Below, piece after piece: positions 1-10,524 of a stretch of DNA of 64,000 nt; position 1 is the stretch's first letter, and each line of letters opens with the position of its first letter. The notes under the pieces are model-generated. The model saw nothing but the letters and a program-made list of their open reading frames with translations. It had not been told where the DNA came from and searched no databases. The DNA is from an uncultured archaeon (GTDB lineage Archaea; Thermoproteota; Bathyarchaeia; Bathyarchaeales; Bathycorpusculaceae), in the NCBI GenBank assembly GCA_963782915.1, contig CAWALK010000020.1, positions 128,001-192,000 of the forward strand, written 5' to 3'. The position numbers and the translations under genes are program-made.

Positions 1-484
1 CAACTTTCATCATCATTTTTTGATCGTCTACAGCGATTGGCACTGCGCTTTGCGCTATGATTTCCATTGCTTTTAGTGCTGCTTTGCGGTATCCTGCAAC
101 GAGTATGATTGGGTGGATGTTTTGGGACAGGAGTTCTTCTGCTTTTTTGAGAAGTTCACTGGCTAGCACTACTGCGGTTGTGGTTCCGTCGCCGACCATG
201 TCATCTTGGGTTTTGGCGATTTCAATCATCATTTTTGCCGCTGGATGTTCGACATCAATTTCTTTGAGGATTGTTGCTCCATCGTTGGTTATTGTTATGT
301 CGCCTAAGCTGTCGATGAGCATTTTATCCATGCCTCTTGGGCCTAGAGTGGTTTTTAGTACTTCACCGATTACTCGGGCTGCTTGGATGTTGTTTTGTTG
401 GGCTTCTTTTCCTCTGCTTCGAGAGGTTCCTTCTTTTAAGATGAGTACGGGTTGACCATTTCGGTCTTGCGTTAAATATGCCAT
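1..484 (-). CDS. Thermosome (group II chaperonin) subunit, 5' part; runs off window start
   Basis: Manual minus-strand translation: [19 protein letters not shown]...[12 protein letters not shown]...ITNDGATIL...VGDGTTT; absent from the ORF track because it is truncated. Confidence 0.95.
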   Translation of the reverse strand, partial: MAYLTQDRNGQPVLILKEGTSRSRGKEAQQNNIQAARVIGEVLKTTLGPRGMDKMLIDSLGDITITNDGATILKEIDVEHPAAKMMIEIAKTQDDMVGDGTTTAVVLASELLKKAEELLSQNIHPIILVAGYRKAALKAMEIIAQSAVPIAVDDQKMMMKV

Positions 485-726
485 GTTATTCTATCCTCAA
501 TATTTTTCATTAATAATATTCTTTGCACAATTAAGAGTCATGCAAAATAAGGTGAATTTGATCAGTGAGAGCCGCGTTGACTTGGCTTATTGATTGTGCA
601 AAACTGCTGACTTGTAATTTATATACTGTGAATCGGGGATTTAAACTCGTCACAATTTAGTCAAGGTTTCATCGTTGTGTTGGCTTTCTTGGTGAGAAGG
701 GGAAGTTTTGGGAAGGCATATTTCAA

Positions 727-794
727 AAAGCTAATGTCCGTTAGCTTTATATTTGTCTTTTACTTAATTACAATAAGCTAACAGCTGTTAGCTT
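727..794. promoter_or_regulatory. Two AAGCTAA-N6-TTAGCTT palindromes (727-748, 775-794) around a TATA-like TTTATAT; probable TetR operators
   Basis: AAAGCTAAtgtccgTTAGCTTT and perfect 20-bp AAGCTAACAGCTGTTAGCTT directly upstream of tetR. Confidence 0.75.
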
Positions 795-797
795 TAG

Positions 798-1466
798 GTG
801 ATGGATACGACACAAAAACGAAAAACAGGCAGACCAACAAAAATCCCAGGCCAAAAAGACACAGCACAGAGAATCTTCGATGAAGCAATAGACCTCTTCG
901 CCCAAAAAGGATACGACAACGTATCAATAAGAGACATCGCCACAGCAGTCGGCATCAAAGAAAGCTCCATATACAAACACTACACAAACAAAGAAGCCAT
1001 CCTTCAAAAAATCATCCAGTACCCGCTGGCGAAAATGTACAACATCGCCCAACGCGAAGACACCACAGAACAATTAATCCAAAAAGAAGGCTTAGAAGGC
1101 TTCATCGCCGACACAGGCTCCGTCTTCGCAGGTTGGATGACTGACCCCAACACCACAAAAATCCTAAGAATCTTCTACATCGAATTATACCACAACGACG
1201 AAATCATGCAATCCTACACTGACCTAATCAGTGCAGGCGAAACCTTCTGGACCTTAGTATTCAGTCTCATGATTAAACAGGGGCTCATCAAACCCCAAGA
1301 CCCCCAAGTATTATCCTCAGAATTCTTAGCGTATTTCTGGAACGCATTCACCAACTACTTCCTCATACAGTACGGCAGAACATCATGCACTTTTATGCAG
1401 CTATACCAAGACTCCATCAACCGCCATGTAGGACATTTCTTGAAATCAATAGGTGAAGCAAAATGA
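798..1466 (+). CDS. TetR/AcrR family transcriptional regulator
   Basis: RIFDEAIDLFAQKGYDNVSIRDIATAVGIKESSIYKHY HTH motif. Confidence 0.95.
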   Translation: MMDTTQKRKTGRPTKIPGQKDTAQRIFDEAIDLFAQKGYDNVSIRDIATAVGIKESSIYKHYTNKEAILQKIIQYPLAKMYNIAQREDTTEQLIQKEGLEGFIADTGSVFAGWMTDPNTTKILRIFYIELYHNDEIMQSYTDLISAGETFWTLVFSLMIKQGLIKPQDPQVLSSEFLAYFWNAFTNYFLIQYGRTSCTFMQLYQDSINRHVGHFLKSIGEAK

Positions 1467-2077
1467 ATGCAAATTCAAATGTTAAAGTCTTAATTGTGTA
1501 TGGTACCCGTTATGGTGCCACCAAGACAACCTCTGAAGAAATCGGAAAGGTTCTTCAAGAAGCAAATTTTGAAGTAAAAGTTGTAAATGCAAAGGAAGAA
1601 AGAATCAAAGACATCTCAGAATACGGGTTAGTCGTTGTTGGCAGCGGTTTGGCGATGGGCGATTGGGCCAGTGAAGCAGAGGATTTTGTCAAGCGGTTCC
1701 ATAAAGATCTTGCAAATAAAAAGTTAGCGATTTTTATTTCCTCCCTAAAACCGGTTGAGGAAAAAGAGGGAAAAACAGCTCTTGTCGCTCGAATTCAAAA
1801 AATTGGGTTGGATGACAAAATCTTAAAGTACCAACTCAAACCCATATCGACTGCCGTATTCGGTGGAACTATAGATTATAACAAGATGAACTTTATTATC
1901 AAAAAAAGCATGGAAATCGGCTACAAGGCAGCGATTCAAAAACATGCCTTCAAAGAAACAGCACCAAATGTTTATGACTTGCGTGATTGGGGCGAAATCG
2001 ATGGGTGGGCAAGAGAAGTTGCAAAGAAGGCTAAAGAAAACGCAAGCAATGTAACCAATGGAGGCACTATGAGTTGA
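1463..2077 (+). CDS. Flavodoxin-domain protein (HemG-like)
   Basis: VLIVYGTRYGAT FMN loop, VVVGS, FGG, DLRDW; ATGA overlap with tetR. Confidence 0.85.
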   Translation: MNANSNVKVLIVYGTRYGATKTTSEEIGKVLQEANFEVKVVNAKEERIKDISEYGLVVVGSGLAMGDWASEAEDFVKRFHKDLANKKLAIFISSLKPVEEKEGKTALVARIQKIGLDDKILKYQLKPISTAVFGGTIDYNKMNFIIKKSMEIGYKAAIQKHAFKETAPNVYDLRDWGEIDGWAREVAKKAKENASNVTNGGTMS

Positions 2078-2273
2078 AGCCGATTGTTTTGCTGGTTGAA
2101 TATAGCTGGACAAATAATATGGGGACGATAGCTTTGGGTGGACGCGTGAAAAAACAGTTAGGGGCATTTGTATCTTTTCTAAACGTTAGAGGATACACTC
2201 TAAATGTTAGGGCTATAGCGGGCAGTAACATCACTACTACTAAAGAGTAAAAAAAGAGGAGTATGGACATAGG

Positions 2274-3482
2274 TTGACTTCGCCTCGAATCTTACTTGTT
2301 GGCTACAACGGTGCAAACAACACAGGAGCGGAAGCCAAACTTCTAGTCATTATCGATGAGTTACGATCAATTCTTGGGTCAGAATCTTGCTTCACTATAC
2401 CCTCGTTAAACGAAGCTAACCTCAAAAGATACCTTCATGAGGCACCAAACCTAAAAATCACTCCAGTCAGACCCTCACTGTTTCCAGTTGATATTTACAA
2501 TCTTGTTAAACAAAACGATTTGATAGTGCTCGTAGAAGGAAGCACCTACATGGACACTTGGGGATCAGCACTCCTCTGGTACTACCTACTTGCCACAAGA
2601 TACGCGCATCAAATGAAAAAACCCTGCATCGGCTACTCTGTTGACGCTGGTAGAGCATCTCGGTTCAACAGTTGGTTAATCCGCCGTGAAGCAAGCAAAA
2701 CCAACCTAATAATGGCAAGAACCCAAAATGCTGCACAACGGCTCAAGAAATGGGGTGTAAAAGCACCCATTGAAGTTACAGCTGACAATGCTTTTGCATT
2801 TCGGCCAAAACCCGAAGACCACAATATCCTCAAACGTGTCTGGCCAGAAGCATCCCACATTGTCGGTATGGCAGCTGAAGACATCTACATTTGGCCTGTC
2901 CAAATTAGGCTCTGGGACCAAAAAAAGTACTGTTACCGATGGCCCTACTATTACCAGCACTCAAAGGAATGCACTGAAAAAAGCGAGTTACTAATAGACG
3001 TTTTAGCTGTTCAAGCCGACGAGATAGTCGAAAAATACGATAAAGACGTGGCTCTGTTAAGCATGGAAGGCTTAGACACAGCATTCACAACCCGAATCCA
3101 ACAGCACATGAAGCATGCGGATAGAACAAAAGTTTTCAGCTCAACCCAATACAATGCTTCACAAATGACAAGTGTTCTAAGAAGCCTCGATTTACTAATC
3201 ACATCACGGTACCATGCGGGAGTTCTATCTTTACCCCACTTGGTTCCCCAAACAGGCATCGGTCACGATCTGCGCATTCAAGACCTCTACACAGACTTAG
3301 GCACACCCGAACTATTCGTGGACCACGAAGACCCTGACAGATACAAAAAATTAAGTGACAATGTAGAAACTCTCTTCAACCAAGCCAGCACCTTAAGAAG
3401 CAAGCTCCGAAAAGGCTACCAAGAATATGCGGTTCGGGAAAAAAGAAACTCCCAACTGTTCAGAGCTTTATCTGGAAGCTAA
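2274..3482 (+). CDS. Polysaccharide pyruvyl transferase family protein (WcaK-like)
   Basis: LLVGYNGANNTGAEA, TADNAF, ITSRYHA motifs. Confidence 0.75.
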   Translation: MTSPRILLVGYNGANNTGAEAKLLVIIDELRSILGSESCFTIPSLNEANLKRYLHEAPNLKITPVRPSLFPVDIYNLVKQNDLIVLVEGSTYMDTWGSALLWYYLLATRYAHQMKKPCIGYSVDAGRASRFNSWLIRREASKTNLIMARTQNAAQRLKKWGVKAPIEVTADNAFAFRPKPEDHNILKRVWPEASHIVGMAAEDIYIWPVQIRLWDQKKYCYRWPYYYQHSKECTEKSELLIDVLAVQADEIVEKYDKDVALLSMEGLDTAFTTRIQQHMKHADRTKVFSSTQYNASQMTSVLRSLDLLITSRYHAGVLSLPHLVPQTGIGHDLRIQDLYTDLGTPELFVDHEDPDRYKKLSDNVETLFNQASTLRSKLRKGYQEYAVREKRNSQLFRALSGS

Positions 3483-3491
3483 CTATCCGGA

Positions 3492-6300
3492 GTGGCTGTA
3501 ATGAAAACCATATTTCTAACGGGTGCGAACGGCTTCATCGCTACTCATATCGCCCGAAACCTCCTCGCTGAGGAAGAAGTTACTGTTTTTGCTCTTGTTA
3601 GAGCCAACGATGCAGCAAGTGCTCAAGCAAAGTTGGCGCGTGAATGGTGGGATTATCCTGAACTGATTGCTGCTTTGGGAACAAGAATTCAAGCAATCGC
3701 AGGAGATGTTCGTCAACCAAACCTTGGGTTAAGCCAAGCAGAATACAGCAGTCTCGCCTGGAAAACAACCCATATTATCCATACAGCGGCTGACTGGCGA
3801 CTTCTGCCGCTTGATGAACTCAGAAAAACAAACGTTGGAGGAACAGCTAACGTAATCGCTTTCGCCAAAGAAGTAAACCGTAATCATCGGTTAGAACGGT
3901 TGTCGCATATTTCCACCTGCTACGTTGCAGGAGGCGCAACCGGAACCATACCAGAAGACCAACTGACCGATCAATATGGGTTTTTTACCGATTATGAACG
4001 CAGCAAGTACGAAGGAGAACAGCTAATACAAGCCGCCAAAACAGAGTTGCCAATATCGGTTTTTCGGCCTTCAATGGTTGTAGGCGACTCCAAAACGGGC
4101 GCAATCAAAACCTTCAACACCTTCTATTTCCCCTTGCGCCTTTACTTGACAGGCAAAATGCACTTTATGCCTGTCAGCCGTTCACTGCGAATCAATATGG
4201 TTCCCGTTGATTATGTCGCCAAAGCTGTGTCGGAGCTGACTTTTGAGCCGGGTGCGGAAGGAAAGATTTTCCATGTGGTGGCTCCTTATGAGTCGCTGCC
4301 ACAACTGGGGGAATTAATGGCTTATGTGCAGAAATGGGCAAAAACCGAATTAGCTTGTAAACTGCCCAGCCCCATTTACATGTCCATGTCTGCTTCTTCA
4401 ATGAAGACCCTGCTTAAGCTCCAGCGATCATTCACTGGAGACCGCCGAGTCTCAGACGCACTTATCTCGCTATCGCCATACTTTAGCGAAAACCGCCAAT
4501 TAGACCGAGACAACCTCGACAGTCTTCTTGGTTCTTACGATTTTAAATGGCAAGAAATAATGCCAAAACTGCTCGAATACGCGGTTTACAACAGTTTCTT
4601 CCACCGCTCAGACCGCACAGTCCATGAGCAAGTCATGTTCCGTTTAGAAAGCAAACGTCACACCGTCACCTACTTCGACGTAATCGAGGGTAAAATCGTG
4701 AAGAAAACCGCCCAAGAGATGCACAAGGATATTTTGGCTGCAACCAGTGCCCTGAAAAGTTACGGAGTAGCTCAAGGCGACCGTGTAGCGTTAACGGGTT
4801 TGAACAGCACCAGATACTTAGCCGTTGACATAGCTATCGGACTCGCAGGCGCCATCAGCGTTCCACTCTACTATACAACGCCACCTTCGGACATTAATGA
4901 GGTTTTGAAGGCAAGCGACGCCAAACTCTTCTTTGTGGGCATGCCCAGCCTTATGGCACGCCTTAAAGAACTGACTCCTGATGTGCCAGTTGTCTCTATC
5001 TGCCGAGTTCAAACTCCCACAGACGCAGGGAGAAACGTTACTTCTTGGGCTGAATTCCTCTCAAAAGGCAAAGACAGCGATATGAGCATAAAGGCTCCTG
5101 TTGGTTTCGCAGACACCGCAACATTGCGATATTCTTCAGGTACAACAGGCAAACCCAAAGGAGTCGTCTTCAGACATGACAACCTCCGCTACATGGCTGA
5201 ATCAATAGTATCCATAACCCCCTGGAAAGCAAGAAACCGTCCCTGCAGTTACCTCTCTTTTCTGCCAATGGGCCATGTAGTCGAAGGTATCCTTGCGACT
5301 TATTCGCCGTATTATATTCCGGCGCCAATCACGATTTACTTCTTGGAAGACTTCAGAAAACTGCAAGATGAACTGCCGCAGTGTTAAACCGACTATCTTC
5401 TTTGCGGTTCCTCGTGTCTACGAAAAAGTTTGGGAAGCTTTGGAGAAGAATTCGTTTGGGCGATTCTACCTAAAAACCAAAAGCAGCTTAGTTAAGCGGG
5501 CGATGCGAAGAACAATCAAAAACATAACTCTCAAAAAAGCAGGCTTAAACAAATGCGCCCAACTCATAGCCGGCTCAGCAAGTAGCGACGATACCCTGTT
5601 GGAAAATTACCGTGCACTCGGCGTCGAAATCCATAACGCTTACGGAATGACGGAAGCGCCCTTGGTAACGTTGAATCGGCTGGGAAGAAACAGAATAGGC
5701 ACTGTCGGTGAACCTATGCCTTTCACGCAAATTAAAACCGCAGAAGACGGCGAAATAATGGTTAAGGGTCCACAAGTAACCGTTGGCTACTTTGACAGGT
5801 CACTTGAACCGCCCTTTAAAGACGGCTGGTTAATGACCGGCGACACAGGCAAAATCACAGAGGAAGGCAGCCTCGTAATCTTTGGACGCAAAAAAGAATT
5901 AATCAAAACCTCCTATGGCAAATGCATCTACTCAGGAAAAATCGAGTGCATGATACGAGAATTGCCCGAAGTGACTGAATCAATGCTTGTGGGCGAATCC
6001 AAACCTTACTGCTCCGCCATTGCTTGGGTAGACAAAAAACACTACAACCAAACAACCCTCACAGCCATAGATCAAGCTATGGAAGAAATGAATAAGCACC
6101 TCTCGAATCCCGAAAAAATCAAGCGCTGGGCAGTACTTCCCAACAACTTGAGCATAGAAAACGGCGAATTAACACCTAACCTCAAACTCAAACGCAACTT
6201 CATATCCCAAAAATACACAAAAATCATCGATTCCCTCTACACAGGAGTTGCCCCTGAAGGCGAAGTGCATATTGGCGGAGTCGAGAAACCCGGTGAATAA
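3492..6300 (+). CDS. Fusion of N-terminal acyl-CoA/thioester reductase (extended SDR) and C-terminal AMP-dependent long-chain acyl-CoA synthetase; frameshift near 5384
   Basis: TGANGFIA, HTAAD, YERSK, RPSMVVG; then YSSGTTGKPKG, YGMTE, TGD, GRKKELI, ELTPNLK; the two ORFs join by removing one base. Confidence 0.85.
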
Positions 6301-6302
6301 GC

Positions 6303-6900
6303 ATGGGATTTAGGCTTCTCTTTCTGTATTGGTGGACTCCTAACTACCTCATTAAAAGGGAACTCAGAAACGTCTCCAGCCAAACCACGGAAGCACTCAA
6401 AAAATTAATCGCTTCATATGCGCCTCGAGAAGTCGCCGCTACAGAACAACCCTTTCCAACAAGCCTCAGCGAGCAGAGAGCAATGATGGCTCAAACACAC
6501 GCAAAACTAGTCCAAGCATTAGTAGCCGCTGTTGGTCACGAGAAAGCGGTGACACTGGGCAGGGAATCCTTGTTCGCCGTTGGAGTAAACTTAGGCAAAC
6601 AAACCCGTAGCAAACTGGGAGTAAACGATAACCCAAAAGACCTTGTTCGGGCAGCTAAAATTCTCTATCGCATCTTAGGCATAGAGTTCAATTTGGAATG
6701 GCTTGATAGTTCAAACGCAGTAGCAATCATTAACCACTGCGCTCTAGCAGAGCAATATAGCAAGTTAACGTGTGAAGTCCTAAGCGCCACCGATGAAGGC
6801 GTCATAAAGGGATTGCAGCCAAACGTAACTATGCATTTCAAAGAGTACATGACAAGTGGCTGCCAGAAATTGCAGGGCAAACATTCACTTTAATCAAAAG
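6303..6900 (+). CDS. V4R / L-2-amino-thiazoline-4-carboxylate hydrolase-like protein (C-terminus probably frameshifted)
   Basis: INHCAL...CEVLSATDEG...MTSGC pattern of Cys-ligated V4R-like domains. Confidence 0.55.
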
Positions 6901-6911
6901 GGGAATTTGGC

Positions 6912-8196
6912 ATGAAAGCAATCGTTGTTGGGTCTGGGGCTGGCGGTGCAGTGGCAGCCCGCGAATTAGCAAAAAACGGCTATGAAGTAACCATCTTAGA
7001 AGCAGGCAAACCATTCAATCCATTAACGCATAAGGTTTCGTGGCTTAGTTCACTGAGGGGTTCATGTCTTCTAAAAGACGAAAACTCGATTAAACGTGTC
7101 TTTCCCCATTATGCTGTCTCCCGTGCAAGCGAAGACTTAGCCATTTTTAGGGGCGTTACAGAAGGCGGCTGCACCTCAATCGCCTGCGGTAACATGGTAA
7201 GAGCCGAAAACGGATTGAAAGAAATCGGGTTGGACTTGTCCAGAGAGTTTGAGGAAATCGAGAAAACCCTAACAATAACGCCTATCCCCCGTGAGAAGTG
7301 GCGTCCTTTGACTCAGCAAATGTATGATAAAGCCCAACATGTTGGGATATGCCCCGAAGCCGACGCCAAAGGTTGATGACTTAAGTCGATGCATCGGTTG
7401 CGGCTACTGCGAATTAGGCTGCATAACAGGTGCAAAATGGGACAGCCGACGCATCTACAAAGACTATTTGGGCAAAGGCATCACGCTATTAACAAATACA
7501 GCTGTGGAAAGGGTGCTCTTGGATGGCAACCGTGCAACTGGCGTGCAGGTTTCTCATGGGTTATCAACTGAGAAAATCAACGCAGATGTAGTGGTTTTAT
7601 CCGCTGGGGGCATCGGTTCAGCCCAAATTCTGCGGTCCTCAAATTTGCCTGTTCAAGACAAGTTGTGGGTTGACATTGTCCTCACAGTGGGTGGCATCTC
7701 TAAGGGTTCCAAAATGCTCAATGAGCCGCCTATGGCTTGGTTCATAAAAGAAGACAACTATATCCTGTCACCATACTTTGACTTGCTATCTTACTGGTTC
7801 CATAAGCCCTGGAAGGACGTGTCAGCTGAGGATCGGGTGGGTATGATGATTAAGCTTGCAGATGTTGAGCAGGGTTCTGTTGCTGCTGATGGAACTGTCA
7901 CAAAAGCGCTCACTGAACTCGATAGAAAACGTTTGGAAGATGCTAAATTGAAAGCCAAAGAAATCATGGAAGCCTCAGGCGTAACTGGACCGTTTGTGGA
8001 TGGTATGGTTCATGGCGGTCACCTCGGAGGAACAGTTCCGCTTACAAGTGGCGATGTGGAAACAATGCATCCGTCTATCTTACCCGAGAACCTGTGGGTT
8101 GCTGATTTGTCGCTTATGCCGCGTTCACAGGGTTTGCCGACTATGCTAACGGCGATGGCTCTATCCTTAAAGGTTGCAAGGCGCATCACTGGGTAG
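6912..8196 (+). CDS. GMC-like FAD-dependent oxidoreductase with 4Fe-4S motif; frameshift near 7340
   Basis: VVGSGAGG Rossmann, CIGCGYCELGC, VLSAGGIGS, HLGGT, VADLSLMP. Confidence 0.85.
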
Positions 8197-8209
8197 AGGG
8201 GAAAATGAT

Positions 8210-8665
8210 TTGGCTCGGATCGAAAAAAGGGAATATTCGATTTATCAGTTGCTTTTCGGTAACTTGGCGGTATTGGTTTGGATCTTGTTGGGGGCGGCTT
8301 CATGTTGGCTGTTTTCGCCTTTTGCCGCTTTAGGTTTTGTGGCATTAGCGTCTTTCATGGTCTTCTACAAATTGGGCAAAAAGGGCTGCGTGAACTGTTT
8401 CTGGTGCAAAACCTGCACAATCGGCATGGGCAAACTACCCTACCTCTTCTACACCAAAACCCCCATTGAAGACTTGAACATAAACCGAAAAGCCCTCAAA
8501 CTCTTCCCCTACGTTTACCTCTTGCTGGGTGTGGTCCCGATTGCCATTACTGCGGTTTTTGTTGTTCAGAGTTTTTCGGTTTACAGTGCTGTTCTATTGG
8601 CTGTTTTGGTTGCTTTGGCTATTTTCACTGGTTCAATTAGAAGAAAAATCTTGATGGGTCAATGA
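8210..8665 (+). CDS. Hypothetical 4-TM membrane protein with CxxCxxCxxC loop
   Basis: Hydrophobic helices around GCVNCFWCKTCT; TTG start inferred. Confidence 0.6.
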   Translation: MARIEKREYSIYQLLFGNLAVLVWILLGAASCWLFSPFAALGFVALASFMVFYKLGKKGCVNCFWCKTCTIGMGKLPYLFYTKTPIEDLNINRKALKLFPYVYLLLGVVPIAITAVFVVQSFSVYSAVLLAVLVALAIFTGSIRRKILMGQ

Positions 8666-8680
8666 GAAGTTAACCGACCA

Positions 8681-8810
8681 GTTTTTCTACAGTGTGTTGT
8701 TGGTGAAAACCCCCTATACACAACAACAACCAACAGAGTCTGGTGGCAGCTGTGTTTTAGCATCTGCGTCTGTATGGAGTTGCTGGCTGGTTGTGGCGTA
8801 TTCCGCAAGC
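8681..8810 (+). repeat. Dispersed intergenic element, left half (copy A)
   Basis: CCCCTATACACAACAACAACCA at 8711-8732 is identical to 44431-44452 and rc 58267-58288; also GCGTC and GTTGCWGGCTGGTTGTGG blocks. Confidence 0.85.
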
Positions 8811-8872
8811 GTAACCAGCGCATCCAATAGAAGACCACAAAAGCACCAACACAAATACCTACATAGATAACA

Positions 8873-9511
8873 ATGACCGAATTCAGCGAAGTCAAAGATA
8901 CCAACACCCAGGAATTCAACGCGGCAATGAACATCTACTCAGAGTCATTCCCAGCCACAGAAAGACAAAGCACCGATACCATAAAGGAAAGGGTCGGCAA
9001 CGGCAAAGAAAAACTTTTCATCCAAACCGTAGAGGGCACGGTTGCTTTGATGGCGCTCCTCTATCCGCTGGAGGGTACAGAGTTCGTTCTGCTCGATTAT
9101 ATGGCTGTCAAAGAAGAATACCGCAATAGCGGCATAGGATCAGAATTGCTTCAAAACATTTACAGTATCACTGGCTGGAAGAACAAGCTTTTCATCGTCG
9201 AAGTGGAAGACCCCAAGAATGGTACTGACCAAGAACAAGCAACAAAGCAGCGAAGGGTCTACTTTTACCGTAAAAACGGCGCCAAAATCTTAAAACATAT
9301 GCAATATTTGTTGCCGCCTCTGCAGGGAAACAGCCCTATCGCCATGACTTTGTTGGTTATTTCGCAGAACAAGCGTTTAGTTTGGCTGTCGGGAGAAGCC
9401 ATCAAGGATGTTATAGTGAAAATCTATGAAGATCTCTACTGCCGAGACGTTGATGACCGATTACTGTCTTCATTTATAGACAGTATCCCAGAGCGGGTAA
9501 CGCTTCAATAA
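8873..9511 (+). CDS. GNAT family N-acetyltransferase
   Basis: LDYMAVKEEYRNSGIGSELL and FYRKNG motifs. Confidence 0.85.
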   Translation: MTEFSEVKDTNTQEFNAAMNIYSESFPATERQSTDTIKERVGNGKEKLFIQTVEGTVALMALLYPLEGTEFVLLDYMAVKEEYRNSGIGSELLQNIYSITGWKNKLFIVEVEDPKNGTDQEQATKQRRVYFYRKNGAKILKHMQYLLPPLQGNSPIAMTLLVISQNKRLVWLSGEAIKDVIVKIYEDLYCRDVDDRLLSSFIDSIPERVTLQ

Positions 9512-9539
9512 TTTAGTAATGGGGTATGTACTGTTTGCT

Positions 9540-9640
9540 CTACTACCTGCCTCAGAGGTACCTCCCCCTCCCTTATTTAAAGGATAAATAGAGTAGGCTG
9601 CTGTTGCTCTACCTTGACCCCCCTCCCCTTATAAAAAGCA
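9540..9640 (+). repeat. Dispersed element, two tandem right-half motifs (9540-9591, 9597-9640)
   Basis: CTACTACCT.CCTCAGAGG.ACCT.CCCCTCCCTTATTTAAAGGATAAATAG nearly identical to 35638-35689; second motif resembles 45649-45690. Confidence 0.8.
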
Positions 9641-9707
9641 GCCACAAACAACACAACCTCCAGATTTCGCTACTTAGTTTTTATGCCAAAACACCAATAC
9701 ACTATCT

Positions 9708-10355
9708 GTGCCAAACTACACCAAAAAACCCCTCCTGACAGAAAACGACGAAGAATACAAAATGCTACTCGAAGTCGCCGAAGAATTCGAACGACAAAAA
9801 ACCGACAAAACAGCCAGAGAAAAATACGGGTCCGCAACCGAAATAGTCCTACGCAACCACCTGCAGAAAAGAAACCTCAACCTTTCAACGGTTCCAGACG
9901 TCACCGTTCAAGGGTCAAAAATCAAAATTAACCTGCTTCTTCTAAAACCCGGCGTAGACCCAAACCAAAAAGCCTACCCATCCGACCAAGTGAAGATGGC
10001 TATAGAAGTTAAGAACAACGCTGTCGGCGGCAAAACACTGCCAAACGGAAAGCAGGAGGACCCTAACAAGGTACTGCGGTTTAAATTCAATGAGCTTGAA
10101 GCAATGGCTTATGTGAAGAATTTTGCTGTTATCGTTTTCTCTGAAATGCTGCTTCCGCCCAAACCTTACAAATGGCGGTTTAAGGAAGAAGTGATAAGAA
10201 AACAAAACTGTAAAGTCTTCACCTTTGTTGCTCGGCAACTGCACCCTTCAGGTGGGCTCTATGTCAAGTCTAACATAGTGGATATGCTTCAGAAGGGTCA
10301 ACTGAGGAAAACCGATGAATTTGAGAAAATGATTCATTACCTAAAATGCCTGTAG
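9708..10355 (+). CDS. Hypothetical protein, possible PD-(D/E)XK nuclease fold
   Basis: ATE helix...INLLL...AIEVK pattern. Confidence 0.45.
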   Translation: MPNYTKKPLLTENDEEYKMLLEVAEEFERQKTDKTAREKYGSATEIVLRNHLQKRNLNLSTVPDVTVQGSKIKINLLLLKPGVDPNQKAYPSDQVKMAIEVKNNAVGGKTLPNGKQEDPNKVLRFKFNELEAMAYVKNFAVIVFSEMLLPPKPYKWRFKEEVIRKQNCKVFTFVARQLHPSGGLYVKSNIVDMLQKGQLRKTDEFEKMIHYLKCL

Positions 10356-10524
10356 TACCCACTTTAGAAGCTAACCCTTTCAAATTGCCACATCCCCGCT
10401 GAACTACATGCAGGCACTTAGCATTTTGCTGCAGGACAAGGTTCGCGGTATTTGACATATTCACCCTGAATATTGTTTTTGATGTTTATCATGTATATTA
10501 ACTACTTGCGTTCTTCTAGGTTAT

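Noticed and set aside
57-455. Plus-strand 132-aa ORF and the many antisense ORFs over metabolic genes
   Set aside because: Shadow ORFs opposite well-supported genes
631-642. AATCGGGGATTT shared with the TFB2 leader hairpin
   Set aside because: A single 12-mer in a different context and strand relative to its gene; could be chance
775-794. Palindrome as an Archaeoglobus HSR1-type heat-shock site for the divergent thermosome gene
   Set aside because: Spacer is N4 rather than N5, and both sites lie on the tetR promoter about 250 nt or more from the thermosome start
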